A stretch of 63,224 bases of DNA, counting the filler, from Callorhinchus milii (taxonomy: Eukaryota): the NCBI RefSeq assembly GCF_018977255.1. It is 2 parts of 2 records of this genome, joined end to end, with 100 filler letters (N's around TTAATTAATTAA, not from the genome) between each part and the next. Parts side by side here need not be neighbours in the genome. Positions count along the whole stretch, not along the records: positions 1 to 31,577 come from NW_024705615.1; 1 more part is not named here. One strand, written 5' to 3'. Positions 1 through 11,879 of the stretch are shown here, piece by piece; within the stretch, counting starts at the first letter, position 1; each line of letters starts with the position of its first letter. The position numbers and the translations under genes were made by a program. Below the pieces are notes generated by a model that saw only the letters and a list, made by a program, of their open reading frames with translations, was not told where the DNA came from and ran no database searches.

Positions 1-654
1 ATTTATGCGTGTTTGTATGTGATTTTGTGTGTCTGTGTATTTATTTCTGCTTTATGTGTGTTTGTATGTTTGTGTTTGTGTGTGGTGTTTGTTTGTGCGT
101 ACATGTGCGTGTTTGTGAGTTTGTTTTTGTGTATGCTTGTTTGTTTGTGTATTTCTGTGTGTGTGTATTTGTGTTTGTTTGTCTGTATGTTTGTGTATGT
201 TTGTTTGTGTTTATTTCTGCGTTCATGTGTGTTTAAGGATGTGCGTTTGCATGTGTTTGTGGTTGCGTTTGCGTGCGTGTCTATGTGAGTATTTGTTTGT
301 GTGTGTTTCTCTGAGTGTGGGGTATTGTGTGCGTTCGTGTGTCTGTGTATTTGTTTGTGTGTGTCTGTGTGTATTTTCGGACGTATGTGTTTGCGTGGGT
401 GCGTTTGTGTGTGTGTGTGCGTTTATTTATGTGCATGACTGTGTATGTTTGTTTCTATACGTATCTGTGTATTTCAGTGTGTCTGTGTGTGTGTCGATGT
501 GTGCGCGTCTGTGTGTGTTTGGGTGTCTGTGTCTGTTTGTGTGTATCTGTATGTGGGTCATGTGTTTATATGTGTGTGTGTAAGAGTATATCGATGGCTG
601 CGTGTCTGTCTTGGTGTGTATCCTGATGTGCGTGTGTGTGTGTGTATGTGTGCA
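1..654. repeat. Degenerate (TG)n-rich low-complexity intron sequence
   Basis: Almost only T/G with imperfect TG dinucleotides. It explains the Cys/Val-rich and His/Thr-rich ORFs in the track. Confidence 0.95.
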
Positions 655-757
655 ACTCCTACATCCTGTCCGGCATCAAACAAACTGTTAGTGACTGTGG
701 GTCCACACACTGTGTTTACTCTGATCCCTGTTATGTCTCTGTGTCTCTGATCTCCAG

Positions 758-928
758 GTTGGACAGTAACAATCTGACAGCTGATTGTACCGAGGATCTG
801 ACCTCCGCTCTCAGCACAAACCACTCACTGACGGAGCTGAACCTGAATAATAATAATCTGGGAGATTGTGGAGTGAAGCGACTATGTGAGGCTCTGAGGA
901 ACCCGGAGTGTAAAATACAGAGACTGTG
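758..928 (+). CDS. NLR gene 1, ribonuclease-inhibitor-type LRR exon (171 nt, phase 2-2)
   Basis: Acceptor tctccAG (756-757), donor GTaag (929). Encodes LDSNNLTADCTEDLTSALSTNHSLTELNLNNNNLGDCGVKRLCEALRNPECKIQRL. 171-nt phase-2 exons are the canonical NLRP/RI LRR unit. Confidence 0.93.
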
Positions 929-1086
929 GTAAGTAACGCAGTGTGTCTCCAGAGTCTGAATGACTCCAATATCTCAATGTGTTTATTGTGACTGTTTGAT
1001 CGTGCGGCTGAATATTGTGACAGGAATCGGTGTGAGAGTGTGAGTCCACAAGTCATCGTTTACATCAAACTCTCAAAATGGATTAA

Positions 1087-4000
1087 TGTGTGTGCGCGTG
1101 TCTGTGTGTGTGTATTTGTTTGTGTGTGTGGCTGTGTGTGTGAGTTTGTATGTCTGTGTGTGTCGGTGTGTGTTTGTGTGTGTGTATGTGTGTGCATGTC
1201 TGAATATATTTGCCTGTGTGTGCTTTTGTGAGTGTTTGTATGTACTTGTGCATGTATGTGTGTGCGTTTCTGTGCATGTATCCCTGGGTGTGTTTTTTTG
1301 AACTTTTTTGAGTATATGTGTATCTCTGTGTGTGTTTGTCTGTGTGTATCTATCTGTTTTTGTGCATTTGTTTGAGTGTGTGTGCATTTTTGTGTGTATT
1401 TGTGTTGGATTCTGTGTTTGTGCGTTGGCTTGTGTGTGTTTGAGTGTGTGTCTGTGACCTTTGTGTGTTTCTATGTGTTTCGCTATGTATTTCTGTGTGT
1501 GTGTCTTCGTGTTTGTCTTTCTGTGTGAGTGTGTGTGTTTCTGTGGTATTTGTTTGTGTGTGTGTGTTTTTGCCATTGTGTGTGCTTGTGTTTGCATGGG
1601 TGTGTTTGCAAGTGTCTGTTTGTGTGTGATTTTGTATATTTTTCTGTGTGCTTGTGTCAGTGTTTGCGTGTGCGTGCTTGAGCGTGTATGCTTGCTTGTA
1701 TGTGATTTTGTGTGTGTGAGTTTGTAAATATTTTTGTGAATGTTTGTGTGCTTCTGTGTGTTTGTTTGTGTGTGTGTGTTTGTGTATGTACGTGCGTGCC
1801 TGTATGCGCTTGTGTGTGTATATTTGTTTGTGTTTGTGTGGATGTGTATGTATGTGTATGTGTTTGAATGTGATTTTGTGCTTCTGTTCGTGTTTGTGTG
1901 TTTTTGAGTGTGTCTGTGTTTGTGTGTTTCTGTGTGTGTGCCATTGTGCGCGCCTGCGTGTGTGTTTGTGTGTGTGTTTGCGAATGTTTGTGTATGCTTG
2001 TGTGTGTGTGTGTGTGATTGCGTGTGTTTCTGTGTCTGGGGCTTGTGTGAGTGAATTTATCGGTGCGTGTATTGTATGTGCGTGTTTGTGTGTCTGTATG
2101 TTCCTCTGTGTGCTTGTTTTTCGCTGTGTGTGTTTCGGTGTGTGTTTGTGTGTTTTTATGTGTGTGTTTGTGCGATTGTGTGTTTGTGTTTCTTTGTGCG
2201 CATATTTGCGTGTTTGTTTTTGTGTGTGCGTCTGCGTTTGTTTGTGTGTGGTTGTTTGTGTGTATGTATTAGTGTGTGTCTCTGTGTGTATTTCTGTGTG
2301 TGTATTTGTTTGTGTGTGTATGTTTGTGTGTGTATGTTTGTGTATGCGTGTCTGTTTTGTCTGCTTGTGTGAGTTTGTGTGCATTTGCGTCTGTGCTTTT
2401 GTGTTAGCTTGTGTGTGTGTTTGTGCATGTACTTGTGTGTGTTTTTTGGGAATGTTTGTGTGTGCGTTTGTTTGTGTGTGCAGTTGTGTGTGTGCGTTTG
2501 TGTGCGATATATGTGTGTGTGCGCATGCGTGCGCAAGCTTTTTTGCGTTTATGCTTGTGTGTTTTTGTGTTTGTGGTTTTGTGTTGTTGTGTATACTTGT
2601 GTGTTTGTGTGTACTTGTTTGTGTGTGTTTGAGTTTTTTGTGTGTGTTTGCGTGTTTGCGTGTGTCTCTATCTTTCTTTCTCCATGTGTTTCTCTGTACT
2701 CGTTTTTGTGTATTGGAGTGTGTGTTTGTGTATATCTGATTGTGTATGTTTGTTTTAGCTTCCGTTTTCGTATCGGTGTGTTTGTGTGTCTGTGTGCTTT
2801 GTGTTTGTGAGTCTGTGTGTGTATTTCTCTGTGTCATGTGTTTGTCTGTGTGTAAGTGTGTTTGTGTGTCTGCGTGCCTGTGTGTATTTGTGTTTGTTTC
2901 TGAGTGTACTTTTCTGTGTGCTTCTGTGTGTTAGGTTGTGCGTGTGTTTTTCTGTGTGCGTGCCTGTGTGCGTGTGTTTCAGTTTATGTATCTGTGTTTG
3001 TTTTTGTGTGCGATGGTGTGTGAGTCTTTGTGCATTTGTGTTTGTGTGTTCGATTGTGATTGTGTCCGTTTGTGTGTATTTGTGCGTATGTGCACATTTG
3101 TGTATGTGTGTATGTGTTTTTGTGCGCTTGTATTTCAATGTGGTCTGTGTTTGTTTGTGTGTGTGTTATTATGTATGTGTGTACTTGTGTTTGTGTGTTT
3201 GTTTCGGTATATGTTTGTGTGTTTGTTTTTGCTTTTCTGTGTGTATGTATTTGTGTGTGTCTGTGTTTGTTTGTGTGTGTGATTGTGCTTCTCTGTGTTT
3301 GTGTTTGTGCTTGTGGGTGTGCCTGAGATTGTTTCCGTGTTTTTGTCTGTGTGTGGGTGTTTGTGTCTATGTGTGTGTTTGTTAGTGTGTGTGTCTGTGT
3401 GTATTTGTGTGTGTGTGTTTCTGTGTGTTTGTTTGTCTGTGTATGCTTGTGGTATGTGCTTGTGTGTATGTGTGCTTGCATGTGTTTGTATTTGTTTTTG
3501 TATATGTTTGTGCATGGTTGTGTGTTTTTGGGTGTTTCTTTGTGCTTGTGTGTTTGTGTGCTTTTGCGTGTGTTTGTGCGTGTGCTTGTGTGATTGCTCC
3601 TGTGTCTTTATATGTAAGTTTGTGTGCGCCTTTGTTTGTTTGCGTCTGTGCGTTTGTTTGTGATTGTGTGTGTATCATGGGTGCACATGTGTCTGAGTAA
3701 GCTTGTTTATTTGTATGTTTTTGTATGTGTGTGCATGTGTGTCTGTTTTTGTGTGCGTGTTTGTACTTGTGTGTTTGGTTGTGTGTGTGTGTGCTTGTGT
3801 GTTTGGTTGTGTTTGGTTGTTTGTGATTGTGTGTTGGTGTGTGTTTGCGTGTCTGTGTGTGTTTGTGTGTGTCAGTGTGTTTCTTTGCGTATGTTTCTAC
3901 GCGTCTGTTTTGTGTGTGCTTGTGTGTTTGCTTGTGTGTATTTGGGTGCACGTGTGTGCTTGTGTGTGTGCGATGATGTTTGTGTGTGTTTGTGCATCTT

Positions 4001-4244
4001 TGTTTGTGTGTGATTGTAAGTGTGTCTGTGTGTATAATTGTGTGTGTATTTGTGTGTACATAGTTGTTTGGTGTGTGTCTTTGTATATGAAGGTTCGTGT
4101 ACGTGTGCGTGTGGTTTGGGTGTGAGCTGTTTGTGTTTGTGTATATATCTGTGTGTGTGTCTGTGTCTGTCTATGTGTGTGTGCATGTGTGTTTGTATGT
4201 TTGTATGTGTGTGTGGCTGCATGTGTGTGTTAGTGTGTGTGTGC
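1087..4244. repeat. About 3.2-kb degenerate (TG)n low-complexity intron block
   Basis: Continuous TG/TTTG/TATG-type simple sequence between two LRR exons. Confidence 0.95.
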
Positions 4245-4347
4245 GCCCTTACACCTGTCCGGCATCAAACAAACTGTGAGTGACAGTGGGTTATACCCAC
4301 TGTGTTGACTCTGATCCCTGTCATGTCTCTGTGTCTCTGATCTCCAG

Positions 4348-4515
4348 GTTGAGCAGCAACAGACTGACTGATGGCTGCACTGATGCTCTGGTCTCCGCTC
4401 TCAGTACAGACCACTCACTGAGGATCCTGGACCTGAGGTATAATTCATTCACAGACGGCTCTGTCCCCGCTCTCCGCCGCCTCATACAGACCTGCACCAG
4501 TCTGGGGGAGATCTG
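4348..4515 (+). CDS. NLR gene 1, penultimate LRR exon (168 nt, phase 2-2)
   Basis: Acceptor tctccAG (4346-4347), donor GTgag (4516). Encodes LSSNRLTDGCTDALVSALSTDHSLRILDLRYNSFTDGSVPALRRLIQTCTSLGEI. Confidence 0.92.
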
Positions 4516-4681
4516 GTGAGTGATTGTGTCAGTGTTTAATGTGATAAACACACAGAGAAAGGGCTGCGTATCAGAATGGAAACAGGTTGAAGGGATTTAT
4601 TTATTCATTAAACTGCGACATGAACAGTTTACAGTTTGTACCATTATCCCATGGGTTTATTTCCTGTTTAATGTGTTTCAG

Positions 4682-4769
4682 GCTTTTGAAGAATAGGTTC
4701 AGTTCAGACGGAGCGAAACAGCTGCGGTCACTGTGGGGAATCAGAGCTGCGCTGAGAGTGATAGTGTGA
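4682..4769 (+). CDS. NLR gene 1, terminal coding exon
   Basis: Acceptor gtttcAG (4680-4681), phase compatible with the previous exon. Encodes LLKNRFSSDGAKQLRSLWGIRAALRVIV-stop. A possible ATTAAA polyA signal lies at 4844-4849. Confidence 0.85.
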
Positions 4770-5159
4770 CACTGACTGAGGCAATGACTGTCCACACAGT
4801 CTGTGTAATATGGAATATATTCTGGACACTGTAGTGACTGATTATTAAAGATGTTGATGCTGATTCCTCTCCCATCTCTGCTCTGGGGACCGTTATTGAC
4901 ACACACCGCCTACGGGCGTGCGGGCGGCTGGAGAGCCCCGACCCTCAGTCACTGCTAAACTGCTGTAAGCGAACACAACTGATGCACTTTCTCTCACAGT
5001 CTCTCTCTCTCTCTCTCTGTGTGTCAGTCCCTCTCAGTTTATATATTTCCGTCTCTCTATTTCAGGCTGTCTCTTTCGTTGTCTCTCTTAGTCTCCGTCT
5101 CTCTAACTCTGTGTGTGTGTGCGTGTTTGCCTCAGTCAGTGCTTGGCTATGAGATAGTT

Positions 5160-6712
5160 GGCGAGAGAGCAGTCAGTCTGTGTGTGTGTGAGAGAGAGCA
5201 GTCAGTGTGTGTGTGTGTGAGAGCAGTCAGTGTGTGTGTGAGAGAGAGAGCAGTCAGTTTGTGTGTGTGAGAGAGAGAGCAATCAGTGTGTTTGTGTGTT
5301 TGTGTGAGAACAGTCAGTGTTTGTGAGAGCAGTCAATGTGTGTGTGTGTGAGAGCAGTCAGTGTGTGTGTGAGAGCAGTCTGTGTATGTGTGTGTGTGTG
5401 TGGGAGAGCAGTCAGTGTGTGTGAGAGAGAAGAGTCAGTGTGTGTGTGTGAGAGAGAGCAGTTAGTGTGTGTGAGAGAGAGCAGTCAGTGTGTGTGTATG
5501 TGTGTGTGTGGGGAGAGAGCAGTCAGTGTGTGTGTGTGTGTGTGAGAGAGAGAAGTCAGTGTGTGTGTGTGTGCGAGAGAGCAGTCAATGTGTATGTGTT
5601 TGTGCGTGTGAGAGACCAGTCAGTGTGTGTGTGTGTGAGAGCAGTCAATGTGTGTATAGGTGTGTGTGTGTGTGTGTGAGCAGTCAGTGCGTGTGTGTGT
5701 GGGAAAGCAGTCAGTGTATGTGTAGGTGTGTGTGTGTGTGAGCAGTCAGTGTGTGTGAGAGCAGTCAGTATGTGTGTAGGTGTGTATGTGTGTGAGAGCA
5801 GTTAGTGTGTGTATGTGAGCAGTCAGTGTGTGTGAGAGCAGTCAGTGTATGTGTGTGTGTGAGGTAGTCATTGTGTGTGAGGGGGGAGAGCAGTCAGTGT
5901 GTGTGTGTGAGCAGTCAGTATGTGTGTAGGTGTGTGTGTGTGTGTGTGTGTGTGAGCAGTCAGTGTGTGAGAGCAGTCAGTGTGTGTGTGTGTGTGTGAG
6001 AGAGCAGTCAGTGTGTGTGTGTGTGAGAGAGCAGTCAATGTGTATGTGTTTGTGTGTGTGAGAGACCAGTCAGTGTGTGTGTGTGTGAGAGCAGTCAGTG
6101 TGTGTGTAGGTGTGTGCGTGTGTGAGCAGTCAGTGTGTCTGTGTGTGGGAGAGCAGTTAATGTGTGTGTGTGTGAGCAGTCAGTGTGTGTGAGAGCAGTC
6201 AGTATGTGTGTATGTGTGTGTGTTGTGTGAGAGCAGTTAGTGTGTGTGTATGTGAGCAGTCAGTGTGTGTGAGAGCAGTCAGTGTGTGTGTGTGTGAGGC
6301 AGTCAGTGTGTGTGTGTGGGGGTGGGGGAGAGCAGTCGGTGTATTTGTGTGAGCAGTCAGTATGTGTGTAGGTGTGTGTGTGTGTGTGAGCAGTCAGTGT
6401 GTGAGAGCAGTCAGTATGTGTGTATGAGAGAGAGTAGTCAGTGTGTGTGTGTGTGAGAGAGAGCAGTCAGTGTGTGTCTGAGTGAGCAGTCAGTGTGTAT
6501 GTGTGAGAGAGAGCAGTCAGTGTGGGTGTGTGAGAGCAGTCAGTGTGTGTGTGTGTGAGAGAGAGCAGTCAGTGTGTGTGTGTGTGAGAGAGAGCAGTCA
6601 GTGTGTGTGTGTGTGAGAGCAGTCAGTCAGTGTGTGTGTGTGAGAGAGAGAGAACAGTCAGTGTGTGTGTGTGAGAGAGCAGTCAGTGTGTGTGTGTGTG
6701 AGAGAGAGAGAG
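5160..6712. repeat. Composite minisatellite: (GA)n-GCAGTCAG-(TG)n units
   Basis: Dozens of GAGCAGTCAGTG cores separated by variable TG and GA runs. Confidence 0.93.
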
Positions 6713-7515
6713 AGCAACAACAACAACAAAATTCCATTTATAGAGCGCCTTTCACATCGGGAGGACGTCCCAAGGCGCTGTACCATTGGGTCAGGAACCG
6801 AGCATTGGAGGGGAGATGGTCAGGGTGAGGGGAGGGAAGTGAGAGAGCGAGGAGGGGGAAGAGAGTCGAGAGGGGAGCTGAAGGCTCGGTCAAAGAGAAA
6901 GGTTTTGAGACCGACCTTGAAGGAGGAGAGGGAGGAAGCGGCGAAGGCACTGGGGGATGGAGTTCCAGAACCTCGGGGCTGAGAGGCTGAAGGCCCGACC
7001 ACCGATGGTAGGGCGATTGGGGCGGGGGATGTGGAGCAGACCGGAGCCGGAGGAACGGAGGGTACGGGCAGGTAAATAGGGGATAGTAGGTCAGAGAGGT
7101 AGGAGGGAGCGAGGCCGTGAATGGCCTTGTTGGTGAGGATGAGGATCTTGAATTGGATCCTCTGGGGTATGGGGAGCCTGTGGAGGGGAGCGAGGGTGGG
7201 AGTGATGTGGTCGTGGTGTCTGGTGCGGGACAGTACACGAGCTGCAGAGTTCTGGATGACCTGCAGTGTGGAGGGAGGGCCGGGAAGGCCGCGAGGAGAG
7301 AGTTCCCATAGTCCAGCCTTGAGGTGATAAAGCGTGGACCAGTTTCAGCCGCGTGAGGGGTGAGGTAGTGCCGTAGTCTGGCGATGTTTCGGAGGTGATG
7401 GAAGGCGGTGCCCGTTGTGGCGCGGATATGAGGGAGAAAGGACAGCTCAGGGTCCAACAGAACCCCGAGGTTCCTGATGGCTTTCAGAGGTGGAGAGTGC
7501 GGCCTCGGATGCTGA
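6713..7515 (-). mobile_element. L2-clade LINE, 5'-truncated 3' fragment
   Basis: Minus-strand translation RNLGVLLDPELSF..HI..AFHHLRNIARLR..ITSRLDYGNSLL is typical of the L2 RT C-terminus and is frameshifted. It ends in a (TTG)n tail at about 6715-6728. Confidence 0.88.
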
Positions 7516-7519
7516 TGGT

Positions 7520-8090
7520 TCAGGTCAATCAAGTTCCACAATGGATTTCGAAGACCATTTATTTCTTCAACCATTCTACGATGATTAACTCAAGTAACAG
7601 CAACAACTTGGATTGATATAGCGGCCTTCACGCGGAACAGTGTGTCGGGGGATTTTGGAGTGGTGGAGGACACTGAGTATGAGGGCGGGAAGAGGTGACC
7701 GTAAGGAGCGTGGAAGGGCGAGTTCTTCCCTTAATGAACCAAATCATATTTTAAATCTTGCTCATTCAGTTACTCCTGGTTTCTTTAATTACAATACATG
7801 TTGCACGAACAGCAACAACTTGCATTTATATGGGTTGTTCTCTCTGTGCGCTTACAACCCGGGATAACAATATGACATTATTTCAGCCACAATCAGATCT
7901 AATGAGAGACTCACCGTCTTGTCTCCCCACTGAGTGAGCTGCGGTTCCTGCCTCTGGTTCCCGAGCCTCTCAGTGATGTGGTTTCATATTTCTGGGCTGT
8001 ACAGGTAATAACACTCCCTGGTCAGACTCCATCAGCTAATGTCTGGCAGTAAATCATATCCAGGCCCTGTTCCCGAGGAGATTTCCACAC
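7520..8090 (-). repeat. Inverted copy of the promoter/non-coding exon module found at about 15575-16150
   Basis: Reverse complement is collinear with about 15575-16150, including the donor AAGACG|GTGAGT (exon end at 7915) and GGAAATCTCC. Confidence 0.88.
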
Positions 8091-8109
8091 AAACCAATGA
8101 TTCATTATA

Positions 8110-8290
8110 AAATAATAATAATAATCCTTGCATTTGATATAGCGCTTTTCACGTCGGGAGGACGTCCCAAAGCGCTTCACAGAACACACTGTAAAGTGAA
8201 TTGACTGTATATTTGTGGGCGAACGCGGCAGCCAATTGCGCACAGCAATGTCCCACAAACAGTCATATGGATTGAAAATGACCAATTTAT
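8110..8290 (-). mobile_element. SINE 3' part with an L2-like tail
   Basis: Contains gcagccaattgcgcacagcaatgtcccacaaac and a GGACGTCCCAAAGCGC tail shared with the L2 end. Sister copies at 8535-8682 and 17675-17988. Confidence 0.8.
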
Positions 8291-8534
8291 TATTGTTTTT
8301 TTTTTTTTTTTTTTTTTTAATTAGAAATGGTTGAAGCAAAACTGAAACAAAAAAAATACAATGACCATACATACAGCTTATCTGTTTTTCTCTAAATTTA
8401 CCTTTTTTGCTGTCTACCAAATAAACTTTAGCATAACGATGGGTCCAGAAATTGCCTGTGCAACGCAAAACTTATATCGTCTTGTTCTGTTTGCTTGATA
8501 CATCGTAACTTAATAATAATAATAATAATAGCAT

Positions 8535-8682
8535 TAATAATAATAATCCTTGCATTCGATATAGCGCTTTTCATGTCTTCTTGACGTCTCAAAGTGCTTC
8601 ACCGAATATACCGTAAAGTGAATTGACTGTTTATTTGTGGGCGAACGCGGCAGCCAATTGCACACAGCAATGTCCCACAAAC
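8535..8682 (-). mobile_element. SINE fragment, same family as 8110-8290
   Basis: Near-identical to 8110-8260, with an (AAT)n tail. Confidence 0.8.
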
Positions 8683-8754
8683 TTACTGTACACTCTTTCA
8701 TTTTTGAATCCCCGTCAGAATGTTACACCCCGTACAGTGTCTCCTCTCTCTCAT

Positions 8755-9065
8755 TCCAGTCAGTCCAACCCTCTGTTTACCATCACAGCTAATCTAACCC
8801 TCTCGCTCTCAGTCTAACCCTCTCTGATAAAAGTCAGTCTAACCCTCTCTCTCTCTCTCCCTCCTCAAAGTCAGCCAAACACCCTGTCTTTCTCATCAGA
8901 TCCAGTCTAACCTTCTCTCTCATAAAAGCCAGTCTGATCCTCTCTCTTTCCCTCCTCACAGACAGTCGAAAGCACTCTCTCTCGCTTTTGACAACCAGAC
9001 TAACCTTCTCTCGTTAATGCCAATCTAACCCTTGGTCTCTCATCACAGGCAGCGTTATCCTTCTT
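8755..9065. repeat. Degenerate tandem repeat with a CAGTCTAACCCTCT core
   Basis: About 9-10 decayed copies of cagtctaaccctct at irregular 20-40 nt spacing. Confidence 0.7.
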
Positions 9066-9119
9066 TAATCGCATTGTAATAGAATTGGTGGATACGGCCA
9101 ATACCGTTGTTTAATAATC

Positions 9120-9700
9120 GAAAGTTTATTAAGTGAGTCAAAAAAGCTCCAACTGAGACAATAGTTACAGTAACAGTAAAATCCATCTTATCCGGTCCAA
9201 CTGGGAAGATGCGTTTGACCACTTACTTCGACTCTCACGTCAACTCCAACGATTTCATGTTAACATCTTTCTTTTAAGAGATCCTAACTCTGCCTCCCCT
9301 GGTCACAGAGATAGCCCCCACCATTCGCAAACTGCTGGTGACTCTGAGCAGGGAAATTCCCTATGGAAAAATACACTGATCGGGAGAAAGACAGATTGGC
9401 AACTTTGGTTCTGGTGACCTTCTCCAGCCTCAGAGGTTCTCCGCCTTGAGCTCCGCAGGTGTGTGAGACTGCAGCCATTTCTTTCTGTGGTCCTTTATTG
9501 TTACATCTGTGCTCAAGGACCTGATTGCTCATTATCTCAGAGAAGTGAACTTCTTCCCAGACAGATATGAAATGTTATAAGAATCTAACGTGAACCGGTC
9601 CAGCAAAGCTACATATAAGATGGTCATTAAATCAAACGCAACGTATTAAAGGGCTATAGGTGAGAGCTTAATTTAAAAGCCTTAAAGACGTTAAGGAATA
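9120..9700. repeat. Interspersed repeat, possibly LTR-like; related copies at about 10440-10680 and 27200-27630
   Basis: Shared blocks cagtaaaatccat, ctccaacgatttca, acatctttcttttaa, gattgctcatt-tctcagag-gtgaac. Confidence 0.65.
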
Positions 9701-11879
9701 CAAATGTAATCTTACACCATAGATCAAGAATTATGCTTTTATCTTAGCGGGATAATCAAGGTAAATGTTACCAGACATTTCTGCACCGAGAGAGTTACTA
9801 TTCATTCACAGAATGATGCAGAGGCCGGATGACAAGAGAGCAAAACTGAACTGAGTAAAAAAGAACATTGAGGGTATATGGGGTGAAAGATGGACGTGTT
9901 TCGTATGCGAGACATTCAAATTGCCGGGTTTACTGGAGCCTCAGTTTACTCAATGTGAGTTGGCACAAAGATTCAAAGAAAAGGTCTTTATTCACATACA
10001 AGTGCAACAGTCTCTGCATTAACCGTGACATTATATTACCACATCAACATACAGATTTATACAGCATAACAATAGAAATGTATTTTACCCGCGATAACAT
10101 CACACTCCGAATAGAGGAAGCCTTACTTCCTCAAGGACTTCACTGCCCCTCTTCTTTCTCTTGTAAGGGTCACTTTCTTACTGGAGGTAAATCCCCTCAC
10201 CCCCATGTATATCTACGGTTCTCCTTTGCGGTCCCTTGAATTGATCAGTCCGAGTTTTTGTGATCTTTGACTCACATATAACTGATATCTTAGATATGGG
10301 AGAATCAATATCGATTCCACTGGGAAATGTGCAGACCCTCAACACAAATCCAACTCTTCCAAAATTACTTTTTTTTGTGTGTGTATCTACCTCCACCTCC
10401 CGTTATCACAGAGGAAGCCCCCACCCTTCATAGGCTGCTTTACACAGAGAGAGAGATAGATAGAGATGGACAACTTCTGAGCAGCCTTTCTCGATCTGCT
10501 TGTTTCTCAGACTTAAGTTCGGCAGATGTCTGAAGCTACAGCCTTAAATTTCTGTGGTCCAATGATCCTACATCGGTGCTGAAGGATCTAATTGCTCTTT
10601 ATCTCAGAGGTGTGAACTTCTTTTCAGCAAAGTATGGAATTTGTTAGGATGCTGACCTCGATCAGTCCAGCAAAGCTCTGCTTAACCCCAAGGGGCAAGG
10701 AAAGGCGGGCTGTAAATTGGGTGGTTGTATGAAAGGTTAGAGGGATTGCGGGTGGGTATTTAGAGGAGTGATTTGGTAACAGCAAAGTGCTATATCAAGG
10801 TCACGTTATGTTTTTTTTAATAACCTGCATGTTATCTGCATCACATTGAAAAGGTACAACAGAGAATAAGGCGGTACTAGTTAATAGAGCAAAGTTTCCG
10901 CAAGTACCCAGCGGGCGGCCTTCATTCTGCCCCACTCGCTGGTAATCATCCCACAGTCCCTCTGCCTCGCCCTCTCCATTGGCTTCTTGAAGACCTATCT
11001 CAAAACCCTCCAAAACCCATGGCTTTCCCCCCTCCCTAATCCCAACCCACAGCTCAGGTCTGACTGTCCAGTGCCTTGGGACATCCTCCCGATGTGAAAG
11101 CTGCTGTACAAATGTGATGTTATTCTTGTTCTAAACTTGAGATGTTTAGGTTTTCACCGGTTCCTCAGAAGCTGGCAATACAAACGAGATGGTCATGAAC
11201 TGTCTCCTCGAGGTATTTGTCCTTCATATTGACGTTGATGTGAAACCTAAAAGCCACGATTCAATGCCATTCCAGCGCTTGGCTCTCAGTGTCAGAGAAC
11301 ACAGACAATTCATTTAAGGATATTCTGTGAAGACGCGATAAGGCGCTGTACCAAATGCCAGAATTATTATTATTATTATATTAAATTAGTCATATTAAAT
11401 GTTATGATCTGGAACGATACAACTTCTGTCATGTTTTAACAGTATAATGTTGAGGTGTTGCTGGATGGCTATTTGATGTCTGTTGGATCAGGATGGAATC
11501 TTTTCTAATCCAAAGCGTCCGCATCTATTCATTTATTTCCAACGCTGAACATTAGTGCCCTTATGGTTTCCCGGAGTGTTATTTGAAGGCAGCGATATAA
11601 TCGGTGGAGTCCTGTAGCGGAAGCAGTTAGTGCAAACACTAGTAATTTGAGAGATAACACTAATAATATTTGCATTTGTTATGGCGCCTCATCACATCTT
11701 AAAGCGCAACACAGGATATAGTGTAAAGTGAACTCACTGTGTGTATTGTGGGCAATATATTTGGGTGAGGCCCCAATGTCTGGGCTCTCTGTGGATCAAG
11801 TGCGTGGATGACTGTAGTGACGGGATCCGCCTTTGTCATTCGGGTAAAAAATTCCAGAATTGTTTGTGTGGGTTATTCA

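Noticed and set aside
9..4283. Many long Cys/Val-rich and His/Thr-rich ORFs (up to 495 aa)
   Set aside because: They are translations of stop-poor TG/CA simple sequence inside introns, with no domain or splice support.
5160..6712. Constant core with variable spacers, superficially CRISPR-like
   Set aside because: The spacers are only TG/GA dinucleotide runs, the core is about 10 nt, the context is eukaryotic and there are no cas genes.
6738..7574. 278-aa ORF as a host gene
   Set aside because: It is a frameshifted L2 RT C-terminus fused to unrelated duplicated sequence.
8755..9065. CTAACCC motifs as an interstitial telomere
   Set aside because: They are single motifs within a longer degenerate unit, not (TTAGGG)n runs.
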